Positions 48,767-50,640 of a stretch of 50,640 bases of DNA are shown in pieces. Location: contig DATGFZ010000537.1 of the NCBI GenBank assembly GCA_035308805.1, forward strand, positions 1 to 50,640, written 5' to 3'. The notes under the pieces were generated by a model. The model did not search any database. It was given only the letters and a program-made list of their open reading frames with translations, and was not told where the DNA came from. The position numbers and the translations under genes are program-made. The DNA is from Puia sp. Its GTDB lineage: Bacteria > Bacteroidota > Bacteroidia > Chitinophagales > Chitinophagaceae. Position 1 is the stretch's first letter. Each line of letters opens with the position of its first letter.

Positions 48767-48946
48767 ATGATTCGGGGAATTGACCCCAACTACAAACTGC
48801 AATTAATTATTGCAGAACCTGCAGGCGATGCCTGGACGCATACTCAAGCACACTGGCAATAAACTAAAAAGGAAAGGCGAAATGAGGCGTACCGGGTAGC
48901 AAAGAAATTTCGGGCTGCAGGACCAACATTTCTGTATGCTACACAG

Positions 48947-50398
48947 CTATTGTCCTTGCGCTAATGAATACGCTCTTTTATCTCCCCACATGTTTAATAA
49001 TTCGGAAGAACAGATTTTAAAATCCCCGCTGAGACTCACATATAATCCGAGTACGTCCTGCTGATTCAACGCAGACCCGTCTATGCTTTCAAAACGCACG
49101 TTGTATTCGTTCACCAAGTTCGTATATACGGACCCGGTAGGCCAAACTTGTGTACCACGGTTGCTGATGCTGATCAGGCTAAATTTTACTCCGCCGTGAC
49201 GCTGACATTTTTTTGCGATATACTCCGGCTGCTGCGCGCTTTCGATGAACATATCCACCCCAATAATCTTTTCTTCACCCATTTCTTTTGAAACCATCAT
49301 CGCGTTATGATCCAATTTAAAAAGCGTGGTGGTAACAGGCATGTTTTGCAATACGGCTTTGGCGCCCTGTTCAGGGCTTTTGCCAAAGTTGGATATAATT
49401 TTTTCGGCAAATTCAGATGTGTTCAATGGGGGAATATTTTTGTCACCGAAATCGCCGGTATGAAACCCATTTTCCAAAGAATATAGCAACGCGTTTTCAA
49501 TTATTGCCGCGTTTTCCATCAACCCGAGATGACGAAGCATTGCAATTCCGCTCAATAATAACGCGGTGGGATTTGCTATATTTTTTCCGGCAATATCCGG
49601 CGCGGTTCCATGGACTGCCTCAAAAATAGAAATATGATCGCCTATGTTTGCAGAAGGGGCAAAGCCCAATCCACCAACCAACCCCGCGCAAAGATCAGAG
49701 ACAATATCGCCCTGCAGATTGGTGAGAACAACAACGTCAAATAAATCCGGACGAGTAACTAATTTCATACATAAATCATCAACGATAACGTCGTCAGATT
49801 TTAATTCAGGATATTCTTTTGCCACTTCATTAAAACATTCCAGGAACAAACCGTCAGTAAGTTTCATGATGTTTGCCTTATGTCCGCAGGTAATTCTTTT
49901 TGTTCCTTTTTTCTTGGCCATTTCAAAAGCGTACTTAATGACCTGTAAACTTCCGGGACGCGTAATGAAACGGCGACTCAATGCAACGTCGTGTGTGGGC
50001 ATGTGTTCAATGCCACCGTAAGTGTCTTCAATATTCTCTCTGACAATTGTAATATCAATCGGAATTCCGGCTTTCGAAAAAACTGTGTCAACACCATGCA
50101 AAGTTTGAAAGACTCTTTTGTTTGCGTACGTGTTCCACGTCTTTCGCGCGGTTACGTTGACGCTTTTTACGCCTTTGCCCTTCGGCGTTTCCATCGGTCC
50201 CTTAAATAAAATTCCCAGTTCTTCGATAGTATGTTTTGCCTCAGGGGTCATTCCGTTGGAAAAGCCCTTATCAAAAACCCACTTGCCCATTTCCACGGTC
50301 TCGTATTCAAGTGGAACTTTATTGGCGTCAAAGATTTTCAACACGGCGTCCATGATTTCCGGACCTATTCCATCGCCTTTGGCTACAGCTATTTTCAT
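48947..50398 (-). CDS. icd: Isocitrate dehydrogenase (long form with C-terminal extension)
   Basis: GDGIGPEI, KGPMETP, RENIEDTYGGIEH, HKANIMK, NLQGDIVSDL, FEAVHGTAPDIAG, ISNRGTQVWP. Confidence 0.95.
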   Translation of the reverse strand: MKIAVAKGDGIGPEIMDAVLKIFDANKVPLEYETVEMGKWVFDKGFSNGMTPEAKHTIEELGILFKGPMETPKGKGVKSVNVTARKTWNTYANKRVFQTLHGVDTVFSKAGIPIDITIVRENIEDTYGGIEHMPTHDVALSRRFITRPGSLQVIKYAFEMAKKKGTKRITCGHKANIMKLTDGLFLECFNEVAKEYPELKSDDVIVDDLCMKLVTRPDLFDVVVLTNLQGDIVSDLCAGLVGGLGFAPSANIGDHISIFEAVHGTAPDIAGKNIANPTALLLSGIAMLRHLGLMENAAIIENALLYSLENGFHTGDFGDKNIPPLNTSEFAEKIISNFGKSPEQGAKAVLQNMPVTTTLFKLDHNAMMVSKEMGEEKIIGVDMFIESAQQPEYIAKKCQRHGGVKFSLISISNRGTQVWPTGSVYTNLVNEYNVRFESIDGSALNQQDVLGLYVSLSGDFKICSSELLNMWGDKRAYSLAQGQ

Positions 50399-50537
50399 GC
50401 AGAATTATATTTAAGGACAGTAGTTCACGAATTACCTGACACGAATTACTCGAATTAAAATGAATTATGCAAATTAAGAAATAGCCGAAATATTTTTTGA
50501 GAGAATTCGTATTATCTTCGTGTAATTAGAGTTCATC

Positions 50538-50640
50538 ATGCCAAACATAATTTCAGAGGGAGTCGAGATAAGCGTGGAAACGTTTTATCAGCCGGATTAC
50601 AGCAATCCAATGTCGGGTGAATATATGTTTGCCTATAAGA
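50538..50640 (+). CDS. apaG: ApaG protein, 5' part (runs off the window)
   Basis: MPNIISEGVEISVETFYQPDYSNPMSGEYMFAYK matches the ApaG N-terminus. Confidence 0.88.
   Translation, partial: MPNIISEGVEISVETFYQPDYSNPMSGEYMFAYK

Noticed and set aside
48770-48946. tmRNA or tRNA gene
   Set aside because: No acceptor stem, no TTCRA T-loop, and too short for tmRNA; kept only as a structured region.
1-50640. CRISPR arrays, rRNA, intact IS/transposase or prophage genes; the many 60-190 aa antisense ORFs in the track
   Set aside because: I saw no regularly spaced repeats or such genes by eye. The antisense ORFs lie within well-supported genes and lack motifs.

Overview
AT-rich chromosomal window from a Bacteroidota genome. 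The taxon is inferred from TAnnTTTG -7 promoter elements, signal peptides followed by Gln, and family content; Chitinophagaceae-like is my best guess. Core genes (dnaA, tRNA-Ser(GCT), FabK/NMO-like flavoprotein, an ECF sigma divergent from uvrA, DUF4293, glyA, icd, apaG) alternate with accessory blocks. (1) 1-14.1 kb, downstream of the tRNA 3' end: an ABC permease with a putative sigma-54/enhancer promoter, pseudogene debris, an arsR-arsC-arsM-aquaglyceroporin operon with two ArsR-type palindromes, a papain-family lipoprotein, and a DUF4242 + dead cyclase + AraC regulator beside its exported DUF4242 paralog. (2) 31.9-36.7 kb: a four-gene cassette of ECF sigma, membrane TPR anti-sigma, an orphan 150-aa protein with a Gly/Ser linker and poly-Pro tail, and an exported, membrane-anchored TPR-CHAT (caspase-like) protease with an intact His/Cys dyad. 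This is my best candidate for an undescribed system: protease-controlled transmembrane signalling. (3) 38.7-48.0 kb: a 'Planctomycete cytochrome c' cluster (DUF1549/DUF1553 diheme protein with a CBM6-like insert, Tat DUF1501, Tat TIM-barrel, membrane cytochrome c-LRR, GH95-like hydrolase) of unknown function. I saw no CRISPR array, rRNA, intact transposase or intact integrase. All family assignments come from motif recognition by eye; no database searches were run.
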